From Callorhinchus milii (lineage: Eukaryota): a stretch of DNA of 64,000 bases. Each line of letters opens with the position of its first letter. Position 1 is the first letter of the stretch. The notes under the pieces were generated by a model, which made no database searches, was not told the DNA's origin, and saw only the letters and a program-made list of their open reading frames with translations. Made by a program: the position numbers and the translations under genes. Positions 38,853 through 52,854 of this stretch are shown piece after piece. The DNA lies in NCBI RefSeq assembly GCF_018977255.1, contig NW_024704742.1, forward strand, positions 125,614,001-125,678,000, in the 5' to 3' direction.

Positions 38853-39198
38853 ATAATAATTCTTGCATTTGATATAGTGCCTTATCACGTAGTTGAGACA
38901 TCTCAAAGCGCTTCACAGAATATATTATGAAGTGGATGGACTGTGTATTTTGTGGGCAAAACGCGGCAGCCAATTGTGCACATCAGTGTCCCACAAACAG
39001 TGTTGTGGATGCAGTGACCAAATCTTTTTTGAGGGATTATTACCAGTGGAAAGTGATCCGCCAATCGACTAGCAACTGGGTTCTTACTTACTGCTAGGTA
39101 AACAGAGGCATGCGGAGTAGGAAACTCGCCTAAGGTTTCACCCTGCCCAGGAATCATACCCGGGTCCTCTCACCAGGCGAGTGCCCTACAAGATTCCA
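38853..39198 (-). mobile_element. tRNA-derived SINE, long subfamily
   Basis: Reverse-complement homology to 13383-13752. Confidence 0.88.
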
Positions 39199-41560
39199 CT
39201 TACATATGGCTATATGTGCTAACAATATTATATTTTGTGGCACAGATATTATTTTCCTTGCCCCCCTCCCCTTTATTGGAGATTAATCCATTTATAGGAT
39301 TTATTATGCTCTGTTGATTAACTGTTATGATCTGTGTTAGACGGCCAAACCTTGTCTTTAATATAGTGCCTTTAACATCAAGATGTCTCAAAACAATTTA
39401 CAGAGAATTGCTGTCAAGGGTAGTCACTGTGCTTCTGAGGGGAAATACAGCTGCCAAGTCCCTCAAACAGTCAAGAAATGAAATGACCAATTAATCTGGA
39501 GGATTATTTGTCAAGACACCAGTGGAAATTCCTTTCCCTTTTCGAATACAACAACAACAACAACAACAAGATTCCATTTATAGAGCGCCTTTCACGTCAG
39601 GAGGACGTCCCAGAATAGTGGTAATGGGATCTTTAACATCTGCCTGACGTTATCCTTCATTCACCAAATTCAGCAAATTTATCGCTGTGCATTTATTGCA
39701 CAGCAAATTGTATTTATTTGGTCAGTGAATCTTCTTCTGAGAATGTACTTTATTATTTAACATTTAATTATTACATTTAGCTACACACACAGAGCAACAC
39801 ATTCCCTTAATTTAGCAAATGGAGAATTTCAGCACTTGCTTTCCTTCCCCCACTTTTAATAAGCTCAATAATGTTTTTTTTACTTACTGAATCTTATTGC
39901 TGTTGTTTACAATTAAACTGACAACTCAATTCAATAATGAATCAAATAAATTACGCCTTCAACACAGTACTGAGGTATCTTGAAGTGAAAGAAAAATAGC
40001 AGAACGTGAAATTTCCTGTAAAGTTTGGCACTGTGTCACAACTGCATTTCAGTGTGACATAGCAATGTCCAGGATTGTGCATCTGACTACTCTCTACATT
40101 ACACACAGCTGTACACATCTCTATCTCACATACACTTCAATTAATTTTCTTTGCCAAAATGCTATTTAATTCCCTCTTGAGTTTACTTGTGCTTGTGGCT
40201 TCAAGCGACACTTCAGGGCTTTGAGGTTACAGCCTCGGCTGACACTTTAGTGCTGGGGTTGTGCTGCATTGTCAGAGGTGCTGTCCTTTAGATGACAGGA
40301 TAAACCAAGGTTCTGTCCATCTATACAAGTGGACGTTTATGATCCAATGGCGCTATTCAAACAGAGAAGGGAGTTCTCCCAGTGCTCTGGCCGACAATCA
40401 TTTACACTTTACAGGAACTTCTGTGAAGCACTTTGAGACGTTTCACATTATAAGCCTATATATCAAATGCAAGTATTAATAGTATTTTCTGCCTCCCTAA
40501 ATAGTCCAATCATATATTTTTCACTTACTACGTAAGTAATACATAGAACTACATAGAATATTATAGCATAAATACAGGCCTTTTGGCCTATCTAAAGTGT
40601 GGCGGTTTTGAAACACCACACAAGTAACTACACCTCTTCTAATCTTCTCCGTCATGAATACATAGTTTCCTCCAAAATAGATTGACACTTTCTGCCTCAA
40701 CCAGAGTCCCAGCAGTCAGTTCCACTCAATTCAAAAGTCTCTGTTCACTTTCCCTCTTCTGAGCTCGAGTCTGTGCCCTCTCCTTATGGAGTTTAAAGTT
40801 ATCTTAAATACATTATTAGGGTTCAATTGATTGAAGATGCTTTTTAGCATCTTCAGGACTTAAATAAGATCTCCCCCGAGCCTTCTACTCCACGGTGTGA
40901 ACTCTGCCAGCTTCTGTAATCTCTCCTTGGAATTATTCTCTCCATTGTCTTGTGATATTGTAAACTACTCTACGTTACACGTGAGGTATTTCCATCTCGT
41001 CCTTCATGATCTGGCTTCCTCTTTCATTGAGCTATAGGCCATCCCCCCCAGCCCCCACCCCCTCGCTCCCCCACAATCACCCCCAGCTCAGGTGAAAACC
41101 CTGGACTTTCCAGTGCTTGGACATCCTCCCAACATGAAAGGCGCTATATAAATGTAGATTTGTATTTGTCTTGTGTATTGTAATTGGTTTTGTTTCAATT
41201 GCAGTCACAACACATAACATTTACAGCAGCCTCGACTCCAATTTCTTCAGTGATGGTGAATATGTATGACAACTGGAAAATAATTATTTCAAAACAACAG
41301 CTTAGCTGGTAATTGCGGTGGTGCTTATTTTTTCCTGTCCCTCTCAACTGAAACACTGAAAATGACTGTTGACTTCATCTGGAAGAGTTCTGTGATTCTC
41401 CACACATAAAGGCTGTGATCATCCTGCAGGGAGGGGAAGCTGGGTTATGGCAACAGTGTTTAAACAGTTTAAAAGCAGCGAACATAAGGGACTACATTCG
41501 TTGCGGTACAAGTTTGAGTTTATCCCGATTCGAAAATGGGATTTGGCATCAAAGATACCG

Positions 41561-41872
41561 CATTGCCACTCACTGTATTGTCACCAAACTGAGTGGCACT
41601 GCCACTCACTGTACTGTCATAAGAACATAAGCATTTGCTAGGCAAAAGATCATGGTCTAGTTCACCTTCCACCATCCCAGCATCACTTAACATGTTGTAT
41701 CCCAAACTATATACTGTATCCTGAGATATTGTTTTCTAGCAGAAATCTTATCTCATTTGTTCTTGAAACAAATGGCATTTTCTGCTTCCACTGTCTCTCC
41801 AGGGAGCCTGTTCCATAACCCAGTAATACTGCCACTCACTGTACTGTCAACAACCCAATGACACTGCCACTG
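41561..41872 (+). repeat. ~36-bp minisatellite (tgccactcactgtactgtca core) interrupted by a CR1 3' end at about 41619-41818
   Basis: The core recurs at about 41564, 41600, 41830 and partially 41865; ataagaacataag marks the CR1 tail. Confidence 0.75.
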
Positions 41873-43607
41873 ACGGTAATGCCAGTGGTCACAGAGCACC
41901 ACTTTCTGCGGTGCTAGAAGGCTCCATGGAGATGAAAATGGTCATGTAGATGAAACAAAATGAGGTAAGTGACAGGAAATAAAAGCCTCTTTTCAGGTTC
42001 TGTTGTCCTATTGAGAAGAGTGATTAATAACAGCGTAAGCTGTTGCCAATAGCGACGCAGCTGTTCAATATGACAAAGGGATGATGAGTCTGCTGCAATC
42101 CCTTCAGCAAGGTAATCCTACAAAGAACAAAATGGCAGCCGTGAGGATTGGTAAAGAATTGGTAGGCTAGTAGAGTGACAAATGGTTCAAGTTCAGACCC
42201 TTTGAAGTCAGCTCCTGACCTTCATCACCCAAAACAAAATGGTTTCTTTCAAATCTTATAATAAATTCTGTTCTACTGCATCTATTACAGTAATAATAAA
42301 AACTAGTAATTCTTAAAAATGAAAATAATCCATACATTTGAGATAGCGCCTTTCACATCAGAAGGCTGTCTCAAAGTGCTTCGCAGGATATCCTGTACAG
42401 CATGATTATTGTGCATTTTGTAGGCAAATATGGCAACAAATTGTGCATAGCAGGTCCCACAACATCTATGACGTGATTGACCAATTTTATTTGGGGGATT
42501 GTTGACCGGGGGAGAATCCCTTCCCTTTACAAATAGTGACATAGGGTCTTACCATCCACCTGAACAAGCAGACGGCACCTCGGTTTAACATCCCATCTGA
42601 AGGACGGCATCTTTGACAATGCAGCATACCATAGCCACAACCCCTACCCATGCCCCACAGTCGGCAACAATGGGGGCCACTTCACAATCACTGGACACAG
42701 AGACTGTTGTAATCAATTTTTTCGTGCTGGCTTCACGCCCAATAACTCCGTGCGACTCAATATCTACAAACTGCTTCTGACCACAAGTGTTCTCCATGTG
42801 ATAATTAACCCTGGTGATTATTAGCTCATCACAACTGCATTCCCTCTCTTTAACCACCAAATACTCAAGAAAAGAGATGAATCTAGCACAAAATGTACAG
42901 CGCACAGGCTCGGGGGGGGGGGGGGGGGGGGTGGAAGGGGGAGAGCTTTATGACATGACCAATATGCCGCTTCCTTTCCACAGAATCACACCACACAGTG
43001 AGCCTAAATTTCTCACTGCACAATTGGGGCAAAACGCTGAACACAACAGAAGAGGTTGTTATCCCCACATAAACACCCATACCCACATGCTATCTCTCTG
43101 CCCCTGCGCCTCACATATACACATTCTCCTGAAGCAAAGAACAATGATCTGAATCTGGGTGTTTCCTATTCTAAACTCACGCTACTATGTTCAATAATTT
43201 ACTGAGCTGCAGGGGAAATAAAATCCCTTTATAGTGACAATCATATTATTTGAACCACTGGAAGCTACAATCACCTGGGGTTAGCCTGCAGTTGCTGTGC
43301 ATTAAAGTGTTATTCAGACCAAGTCAGACATATCTTTCATGTTTCTATTTTAATTTCCTAATTTTAATTTAACATATAATACCACTCCCTGTTCTCTCCT
43401 GCCTCTCCCTGTTCCCTGAATCCCAACAGTCTGTTCTTTTTTCCCTTGTGTAGGGTTTATGCCTCAGGGGATGTAAAATACCCAGCCACCACTGAATCAA
43501 TGAAACTGTTCCACAATAGTTAACATTTTAAGCACAATACCGTAACCAGAAAATAGAGAAGAACAAAGGTCTATTGTAGTCACACTCTGAGAAAGTTCAT
43601 AATAAAA

Positions 43608-43958
43608 AATAATAATTCTTGGATTTGATACAGCGACTTATCAAGTCGTCAAGACGTCTCACAGGATACTTTAAAGTATAGTGACTCTGTGTTTAGTGGG
43701 TGAAACGCGGCAGCCAATTGCGCACAGCAGTGTCCCACAAATAGCCGTGGATTGTCACCAGATTTTTTTATATAAGGAATTATTATCACGCAGAAAGTGA
43801 TCCGTCAATCAACTAACAAGCGGGTTTCTACTAACTGCTGGGTAAACAGAGGCGTATTTGTGGAGTAAAGAAACTTGCCAAAGGTTTCGTCCCGGCCGGG
43901 AATCTAACCCAAGTCCTCTCATTTGCGAGGAGAGAGCGCTAACCATTATATTACTCCA
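43608..43958 (-). mobile_element. tRNA-derived SINE, long subfamily
   Basis: Reverse-complement homology to 13383-13752. Confidence 0.85.
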
Positions 43959-45631
43959 CGTTCCATTAACAGGAAGCTGTGTTCTCTGTGATGTGAGTTC
44001 TCTGATGAGCTGTAAGATTATCAGATCTATTAAAGCGCTTTCCACACGAGTGACATTGGAACGCTTTCATCTCAAAACACAGAAGCAATGCAGCTAGAAG
44101 GAGACTTTTTACGCTCATAATGTTTAAACCGGCTTTAATTCAATCATGTAACACAGCAACAAAGCCAAAAGCACTTTGCAATGTAGTGTGCGAGAGTTCA
44201 GTCATTTCAGAGTACAGGCCAAATGCAGTGGCTTGCGTTCACTGCCAACATGGGACTTGTCACATACTAAATTTAGACTCGTGTTCTGTATATGTATTGA
44301 GCAAGGTGGTGAGAATGAGCAACTCAATGCCAGCAGCTGTGGTAGAAGTCCAAGGCATCAATGCATTGTGAGAGAAAACTCAATGCATACAACAACAACA
44401 ACTTGGATTTATATAGCACCCTCCACGCCAGACGGTGTCTCAGAGCGTTTTACAGTAACGGATCCCGGGACCGAGCCAGAGGGAGGGGGAGGAAGGTGAC
44501 CAAAGTCGCGGTCGAAAAGAAAGGTCCTGAAAATGGGAAGGGAGGGAGCGAGACAAAGGAAGTGAGGAAGGCAGTTCCAGAGCCTCAGGGCATAGTGGCT
44601 GAAGGCACGGCCGCCGAGGGTGGAGCGGAGGACTCGGGGGACGAGGAGGAGGCCAGACCCGGAGGATCTAAAGGGATATGTTGAGTGAGGAGGGAGCTTG
44701 GGAGGGAGGGAATTAGGATGGATGAAGGCTCATATAGAGTAAAAAACATGGCACTGACTAGTTGGGTCGAATGGCTTGATTCAATGCTGTAGATTCTGTA
44801 AAATTTCATGGAATATCCCAGATTCAATTAAAAGTTTGTTTTGTCAAAAGGCACGGGAGCAATCGCAACATGTACAAGAGAGGTTTTTTTTGACTAGACT
44901 CGACAATGGTACATTATTTCAATGTCCGTGGATCTCTTTTATCCAGAATGAAGTCTCGAAATGTGAAAGTGATAGCATCGCAGTGGCAATTACTCTATAA
45001 CCTAAAGGAGAAGTGGTATAACATGAAATTAGTTCCGCATGAGATGAGAAGAGAAATACATCGATATTTTAATAAATAGAATCTGACCCTGATATCAGGA
45101 AATTACCAGTGATCCAACATTGTCAGAAAAATGACTGGAGTTAATAAAACCTGATGTGTTTATGCTGAAGAGAATAGTGATACGCCTGCAACTTAATTCC
45201 TCTGACACCTATACACTGACATCTATACACCAATTTCTCCATACAAATTTCTCTCTTGCCCCAATTGAGCAGGAACAATACAAATTGATTACTTCATCCT
45301 TACTCTTGCACCAAGGTCTCCTGTGCTGTTCTCTACCACTGCATCTGATGTAGCAAATATAACCTTAAAATATAACGTTATGACATCAGAAAGTTTCAAA
45401 ATGTTTCACAGGTGATTGCTGTCAAGTGAGGCAGCCGATTTGCATGCTAAAAGGGCCCACAAACAGCACCCAGGTGAATGACAGATTTATCTGGAGGACC
45501 ATTGGTCAACAACATCAGGAAAAACTCCTTTCCTTTCCTTTCTCACAGTGTTTCATTTGAGGTCCTAAACAGGACCTTGGTTTAAAGTCTCATCCAAAGG
45601 ACCTCTGACAATGCAGCTGTGTATCAACCTA

Positions 45632-45962
45632 TAATAATAATAATGCTTGCATTTGGGATAGTGCCTTATTACGTCTTCTAGACGTCTCAAAGCACTTCAC
45701 AGAATATACTGTAAAAGGAATTGACTGTATATTTTGTTAACACGGCACAGCAGAGTCCCACAAATGGTCATGGATTGAGTGACCAAATTATTATTTTTTT
45801 TTGAAAGGATTATTTCCCCCAGAAAAGCGATCTGACAATCGACTGACAAATTGGTTCCTATGAGTAAGGAAACTTGCCTAAGTTTTCACCCTGCCTGGAA
45901 ATCAAACCCAGGTCCTCTCATTTATGAGGCGAGTGCTCTAACCACTAATCTGTAGGACTCCA
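45632..45962 (-). mobile_element. tRNA-derived SINE
   Basis: Reverse-complement homology to 13383-13752. Confidence 0.88.
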
Positions 45963-46018
45963 CATTGTATTTTTTTAGAAAAAGACTATTCTCCCCACAC
46001 TCGCGCCAGCTAATCTAC

Positions 46019-46643
46019 ATAATAATAATTCTTGCATTTGAACTAGCGCCTTATCACGTCATTGAGACAACAACAAAATGACATTTGTATAGCGCCTTTC
46101 ACATTAGGAGGATGTTCCAAGGCGCTGGACACACAGAGTTTCGGACCTGAGCTGGGGGTTGGGATCGGAGAGGGTTATGGACAGGGGGAAGCAGGGAGAT
46201 CGAAAGCACAGTCGAAGAGGAGGGTTTGAGATGGGTCTTGAAGGAGGCAAGGGAGGGGGGTGAGGCAGAGGGACTGCGAGATGGAGTTCCAGAGGGTGGG
46301 GACAGAATAGCAGATGGCCCGCCCGCCAATAGTGGGGCGAGCGAGGTGGGGGACATGAAGCAGGCTGGAGCCCACTGAATAACATCTCAAAGCGCTTCAC
46401 AGAATATACTGTAGAGTGAATTGACTGTATATAATTTGTGAAATGCAGCAGCCAATTGTGCAGAGTGGTGTCCCACAAACAGTCGTGCATTGAGTGAACA
46501 AATTTTTTTCATTATATCTTTTTGAAGGAATTATTACCCCAAGAAAGCGATCTGTCAATCAGCTAACAGCTGAGTTGCTACTTAAGGCTAGGTAAACAGA
46601 GGCATGTGGAGTAAGGAAAGTTGCCTAAGGTTTCGCCCTGCCT
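46019..46643 (-). mobile_element. tRNA-derived SINE interrupted by an L2 3' fragment (about 46068-46379)
   Basis: The SINE tail is split at gagaca|tctcaaagcgc by L2 sequence. Confidence 0.85.
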
Positions 46644-47348
46644 GTGACTTTAAAGTTCTGACAAGGATTTCACAGTCTTCTGGCTCAGAAGCGAGAATGT
46701 TACCAACTAAGCAAACTCCACTGCACAGAAACAACAAGAACCATATTGAATAGCGTACTCCAAAATATGCTCAATCTGCTTTCGCTCAGTGAGCAAACAT
46801 CTTGATAGAAATTCCTGAGATAACCAAACCACCTAAATTACAGTTGACTACAAGACAAAGGCCTTTGACTTTAATTGTGCTGATTGGAATATCTCAGGGT
46901 GTTTGATGCAACTGGCAGACATTAACTTTGCTTTCCTTCCGATGTTGGTAGTCAAGCAAGATGGTAACAGCAACTTCCATGCATTGGCTCAGAGCTGTTC
47001 ACTGGATCTTCCTGGGGTCAAAATGGCTGTTGCTTTTGCTCACAGTCACTATCTTGACACTAGTTTCTGTAAAGCACTTTGAAACATTTAGTCTGATCAT
47101 ACATTATATGAATGAAGTTTCTTTCTTTCATTACAGGTGGAGGCTTATTTTAAAAAAAATGTTGAAATAGCAATAACCAAGTTACAGTTGTCCAGGAAGA
47201 TACATAATTGGGACCACAATAACTTGCATTTATATAGCACCTTCACACAGTGTAGTGACTCAGAGAGCTGAACAATGGTGGAGTTTTGACATCGAACCCT
47301 GAAGATAGGGGGGCCATCAAGCCCGTTCCTTCCAATCAAAGACATGTC

Positions 47349-47905
47349 TCATACAGCACAGAAGGAGGCCATTCGGCACACTGTGTCTGTGCCGGATCTT
47401 TGAAAAGAGCTATCCAAATCAATCCCATTCCCCCGCTCCCTCCCCATAGCCCTGCAAACTTGTCCTCCCCAGATAGTTATCTACATCTCTCTTAAAAGTT
47501 GTTATCGAATCGGCTTCCACCACCCTTTCAGGCAATGCATTCCAGATCCGAACAACTCGCTGGGTGAAAAAATTCTCCTCACCTCCCTTCTGTTTCTTTT
47601 AACAACTATTTTAAATCGGTGTCCTCAGGTTACTGACCCACCTGCCAGTGGAAATAGTTTCTCCTTGTTCACCCTATCGAATCCCCTCATAATTTTGAAA
47701 ACTTCTATTGTCTCCTCTTAACCTTGTCTGCTCCAAGGAGAATAATCCTAGCTTCTCTTGTCTCTCCTGGTAGCTGAAGTCCCTCATTCCTGGTAGCATC
47801 CTGGTAAACCTCCTTTGCATCCTCTCCAATGCCTTGATATCCTTACTAAAGTGTGGGGCCCAGAACTGAACACAGTACTCCAGCTGAGCCAAACAAGTGT
47901 CTTAC
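47349..47905 (-). mobile_element. CR1 LINE 3' fragment
   Basis: LEYCVQFWAPHFSKDIKALERMQRRFTRMLPGM...LGLFSLEQTRLRGD is typical of the CR1 ORF2 C-terminus; 3' UTR follows. Confidence 0.93.
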
Positions 47906-48384
47906 AATAACTAATGTATTTCCCCAGTTTGTTTCTTGTGCTGAGGCAGAAGAACCACAGGTTGAGCCAAAAGTAGAAGGCAAAACTCTGTGAAACTGAG
48001 CTTCAAATTCCCCAGGGATTGAGATTAGACAGATAACTCCAGGGGAGGAACTTGCATCAAAGAAGTCATGATGGGCTGAATGGCCTCCTCCTGTGCTGTA
48101 GAATCCCTGGGTCTTGCTTGAAATTCATTTGTTAAACATATATTTATTTTTAAAAATTGTACAATAATCAGAGTAAAACTGTGAGTGAAGTAACCAGGTC
48201 ACAATCCCCTGAGATTATGGACAATTAGTGTCTGCAATACATAAGTAGGATTGCCAGTGTTAATTTATTATGATTCTCGATGTCATTTTGATGAGCTTGA
48301 CATTTATTCTGACTAATGTTTTTTTTTAATTTTCAGCAATGAGATCACGTTTTGCATGTTATTGTCCACAGGAAGTGACATTAG

Positions 48385-48699
48385 TGGAGCTCAGTGGTTA
48401 GAGCACTTGCCTTGTAAGCGAGACACCTGGGTTCAATTCCAGGCAGAGGGCGAAACCTTGGGCAAGTTTCCTTACTCCACACGCCTAATAATAATCCCTC
48501 CGAAACAAAACAATAAAAAATTGGTAATTTTCAATCCACGACTGTTTGTGGGACACTGCTGTGCGTAATTGGCTGGCGCGTTTCACCCACAAATATACGG
48601 TCAATTCACTTTACAGCATATTCTGTGAAGCGCTTTGAGACATCTAGAAGACGTGAAAAGCGCTATATCAAATGCAAGGATTATTATTATTATTATTAG
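48385..48699 (+). mobile_element. tRNA-derived SINE, short subfamily
   Basis: Homology to 8601-8914. Confidence 0.9.
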
Positions 48700-48852
48700 A
48701 GGCAGCATTATATCACGTAGGAAGTTGGCCATTTTGATAAAAATCTGTAAAAACTGATGATTATTGACAGAAATTAATTAATGTTGAATTGTGGAAAACC
48801 TGATGAATATCAATGTTTACCAATTTCTAAGGGATTGGAATGCACTGTGTGT

Positions 48853-49270
48853 TAATAATAATAATCTTTGCATTTGATATAGTGCCCAATCACGTCTACA
48901 AGATGTCGCAAAGCACTTCTCAGAATATACTGCAATTGAATTGACTGTATATTTTGTGGACGAAACACAGCAGTCGATTGCGCACAGCAGTGTCCCACAA
49001 ACAGTCGTGGATTGAGTGACTACATTTTTTATTAAGGGATTATTACCCCCGGAAAAGCGATCTGCCAATCGACGAACAACAATAACAAAATTACATTTGT
49101 ATAGCACCTTTCACGTCCGTAGGACGACCCAAACAACCTATTTACTGCTAGGTAAACTGAGGCGAGTGGAGTAAGGAAACTTGCCTAACATTTTGCCCTT
49201 CCTGGGAATCGAACCCAGGTCCTCTCACTTGCAAGGCGACTGCTCTAACCATAAAGCTTCAGGGCTCCAT
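48853..49270 (-). mobile_element. tRNA-derived SINE, long subfamily, carrying a ~50-bp L2 tail insertion
   Basis: Homology to 13383-13752. Insert 49081-49131 has TSD AACAAC. Confidence 0.88.
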
Positions 49271-51993
49271 TTTGTGTAAATTAAGTCTTACTCCCACCAA
49301 CCACCGACTCAGTCACAATGATTTGGGTCGAAAATCAGTCCTTGGACTCCAATGGACTTGCCAGCCCTCATGTCATCCAACCCAACCACCCAGAGAAAGA
49401 TGCAGACCACACGAAGTTCAAAAAGGAGAAGAAACAGAATTTGAAACTAAAGAATTGGTTTAACTGAGAATGAGTAACATTATCTGTATAAAAAGACTAT
49501 TTTTTGTGATCTGTTGAAATCGAATATGGTGCAATAGTACTGATTATAATTCCTCTGACACTGTCTCCAAAATGGCAAAAAAAATGAGAAATATAGTTCT
49601 CTACATGAGCAAGCTATTTTGGGTTCTTTTTTGAATTGTACCCAGGACCTGGATATTTTCTATGGGGACTGATGAATACTGTATCAAGAACAAATGATTA
49701 CATGTTTTGCAGTAGGGCAGGATGAAAAGACATTGAGTGACAGCACCAATAACTTTATTGATCCAAGGCGTGTCTGTCCAGTGCTTTACTCACAATTTTA
49801 ACCGCTATGGGAGTCAGTGACTAGGGGCCATAGCTCTAAGATAGTCACAAGAAGAGCAAAAGGGGAGCTTAGGAGAAATATCATAGAATCATAGAAATTT
49901 ACAATGCAGAAGGAGGATGTTCAGCCCTTCGAGTCTGCAGCGACTCTAAGAGAAAGTTGCACTTTCAATCACCTGCACTGGCCTATTTCCATGTTCCTTC
50001 AAGCCTCTAACCTTCATACACCCCTCTATATCCTTCCTGGAACCCACAATGGACTCTGTATCAACTACCTTACTTAACCAGGCACTCCACACCAGAACAA
50101 CTTTGTGAATGAAAAAAANTTATCCTAAGATTTCTCCTAACATGAAATCAGTGACACGCCCACAGGTACTTGCGTGCCTGTCATTAGCCCAAATAGACAT
50201 CCTTTAGGGGTGATCCCTGCTTTGCTTTTTTGACCATAAGTGTTTCAGCCTAGTTTGATGCTGTCCTCACCCGATGCCAACCCACATTTACATGAGCAGG
50301 GTACTGAACCATTGTAGTGCTCCCAACACTATGTATCCACATGTTGGGACTTTGAGCTCATAGTATAGGCTGGCACTCTTGATCTAGAAATGTCTCAGAA
50401 ACATCTTAGAAACATCACAGGATTTTACCTTAAAGTGTTGTAATTGCATATCTGCAGGGAAACACGGTACCCAATTTGCACACAGCAATGTCCCACAAAC
50501 AGCCATGAATTGAATGGCCAACTTTATTTGGGGGTTGTTGGCCAGTGTTTTCACTCAGAGTTGTTGGGATGTGGCCAAGTAAGGTAGAAGAAACAGAATT
50601 CATTGAGGATTTCAAGAGACAATAATAATAATAATAATAGACAAGTATATGAAGGACAGAAGCTTGAATGGGCATGGGGCTAAGGCAGGCAATTGATTGA
50701 ACACCTTGCTCTGAGAGCCAGTACAGAGTCAATGGGCTGAATGGCCTCCTTCTGTGCTGTAAAGCACGATGATTCTAAATCAGTCTCACAATTTGAACGT
50801 TTCCCTCTGCACCAGTGGTAGGAATCGCCCTACTTAGTGCAACTGCATTTTTATTCTTTTAGATTTCTCTTTTTTGAGATGAAATATTGCACAGAGCCCT
50901 GACTTCACTGCTTGAGTAACTTCCTTCATTGCATTTGTCTCGTTCGTGCCTGTAACAGAGGTTCCGCTAGCAACTCGGAAGATCACCTACCACATTCAGT
51001 CAACTCAAAAGTCCATAATTCTAATTTTTTTTCAACACATTTACCCATTTTTACCCTTGTTGCTTGGCTCTACAGGGTGGAAAATTGTGACACGTGATGT
51101 GTTAGTTATCACTGGTGCTAATTATAGAGGAGGTATGAACTCTCCCCCATCCCATCGTCCCTTAACACCATCATATTAGTTGGTTCTAGCACTGGTCTTG
51201 TCAACTTTAGGTTTGTGGCTTGAGTGCAGATTAGCAAGCGGTGGGGAGCGGGGTAGATGGTGTAGTAAATAGAGCTGCTGCTTTCGGATCAGAAACTCAC
51301 TGCTTAGATTACTGGTCTCAGCTAGAGAGGCTATATTGGTCCTGGCCTTCCAGGGTTTGGGAGCCAGGAGCACTGCTCCCAGTCTCTTTATGGCATCCTC
51401 TATTGCTTGCGCATGTGTGTGACAGCTGGGTGGGAAGAGGTCATGTTTTGGCTGTGACATCCTCTTCAGTCGAATGCCATCTAAGCACTTACTGACAAGT
51501 TTCACACATGAAAAATGGCCACCGGGGTAGGGTAGCACTCCGGGTTGCTACCCTGAGTGAAGGGCGCTATATAAATGCAAGCTTTTGTTGTTGGTGTTGT
51601 TGGGTAAAGGTGGAAAAGCAGTTTTCGTGGATCCACACACCAGAAAGAGGAGAGCAGACCAGCAGCCCTCCATTGGGTTAGCAGAGAGGCATATGTCAAT
51701 GGTCTTAAAATTAGAATAACCAGAAAAGTGGATCACCATTGGGCCAGCAAGACCAATGGTGGCTGGAATCAGCATCAGATCTACTTGCGGGGTTCATACC
51801 CATGGCCAGGCTTGTTATTGGCTGGCCTCATTGTTCGTATTTATCAACAATATCAGAATTAACACTTGTGACAATTAATTCAACACATGTTACAATTTTC
51901 ACCATAAGGTAAAAAATGGATAGAATGAACTAGCATTACATCACATCACTTTACATCACATCAAAACATCTAAAAGTGCTGCACAGATAATAC

Positions 51994-52025
<32 letters not shown>

Positions 52026-52854
52026 TTGTCCACTTGATAGAATGCCTATAATATTGAAAAGTCTCAAAGCAGTTCACAGAAAATCAGACAACTATAATTA
52101 TTGTGTATTTGCAGGCAAATGTGGCAGCGAATTTGCGCACGGCAAAGTCCTATAATCTGCCATGGGATAAATGACCAAATTATCTGGAGGATTGTTGGCA
52201 AGAACACAAGAGAGCAACTCTATTCTCTTTTTGAACAATGTTATGAAAGCCTTCAGAAGGTTGTGGGTTCAATTCCCATGTCAGGGGCTTTAGAACTTGT
52301 AATCTTGACTGACACTACAGTGCAGTGATGTGGGAGTGCTGTATTGTCAATGGCATCGTCCTCCGGATGAGATGGACAAAGTTTGTCATGAGTTTGTTAA
52401 CTAGATAATTGCCTTGAATTGTATTTGAAGTGGCTGTGGGTTTATTTGTTAAAGCTACAGTACATATTGTGATTGCAGCTACTCACCTATTATTTTTATT
52501 ACAGTTCTTACAATTCATCATCAAATGAATAAAAGATGAGACATTCCAAACGGAATGCTTATTTTTAGTTCCAGTATTTGCTGCAAATTCTGTCTGAGTC
52601 ACCGCGCCATACATTAAGCATTCTTTCTTTCCGAACATTCCCAATCGCTCTTGAAGGCTATGACTCACATTAAGCTGCGATTCCACAGACACCAAAAACC
52701 TCTGTAACCTTATCCATGTATTTACTATTCTCAGTTTCCAGCTTTACCTGTATGTTTCATAAAATTGAGGCAAAGTAAGGCAAGTATTTTTTCCTAATTC
52801 GATAACTAAGCACGTGCATTTCTCCACCAAGGATGACTGGAAATCTATCATTAA

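Noticed and set aside
41561..41872. Short repeats separated by variable sequence (CRISPR-like look)
   Set aside because: Eukaryotic intron, only 3-4 degenerate units and no cas genes; a minisatellite split by a CR1.
42912..42931. Poly-G run (another at 13216-13233)
   Set aside because: Simple homopolymers; G-quadruplex potential cannot be tied to any function.
50119..50119. Single ambiguous base n
   Set aside because: Assembly ambiguity within a CR1 fragment.
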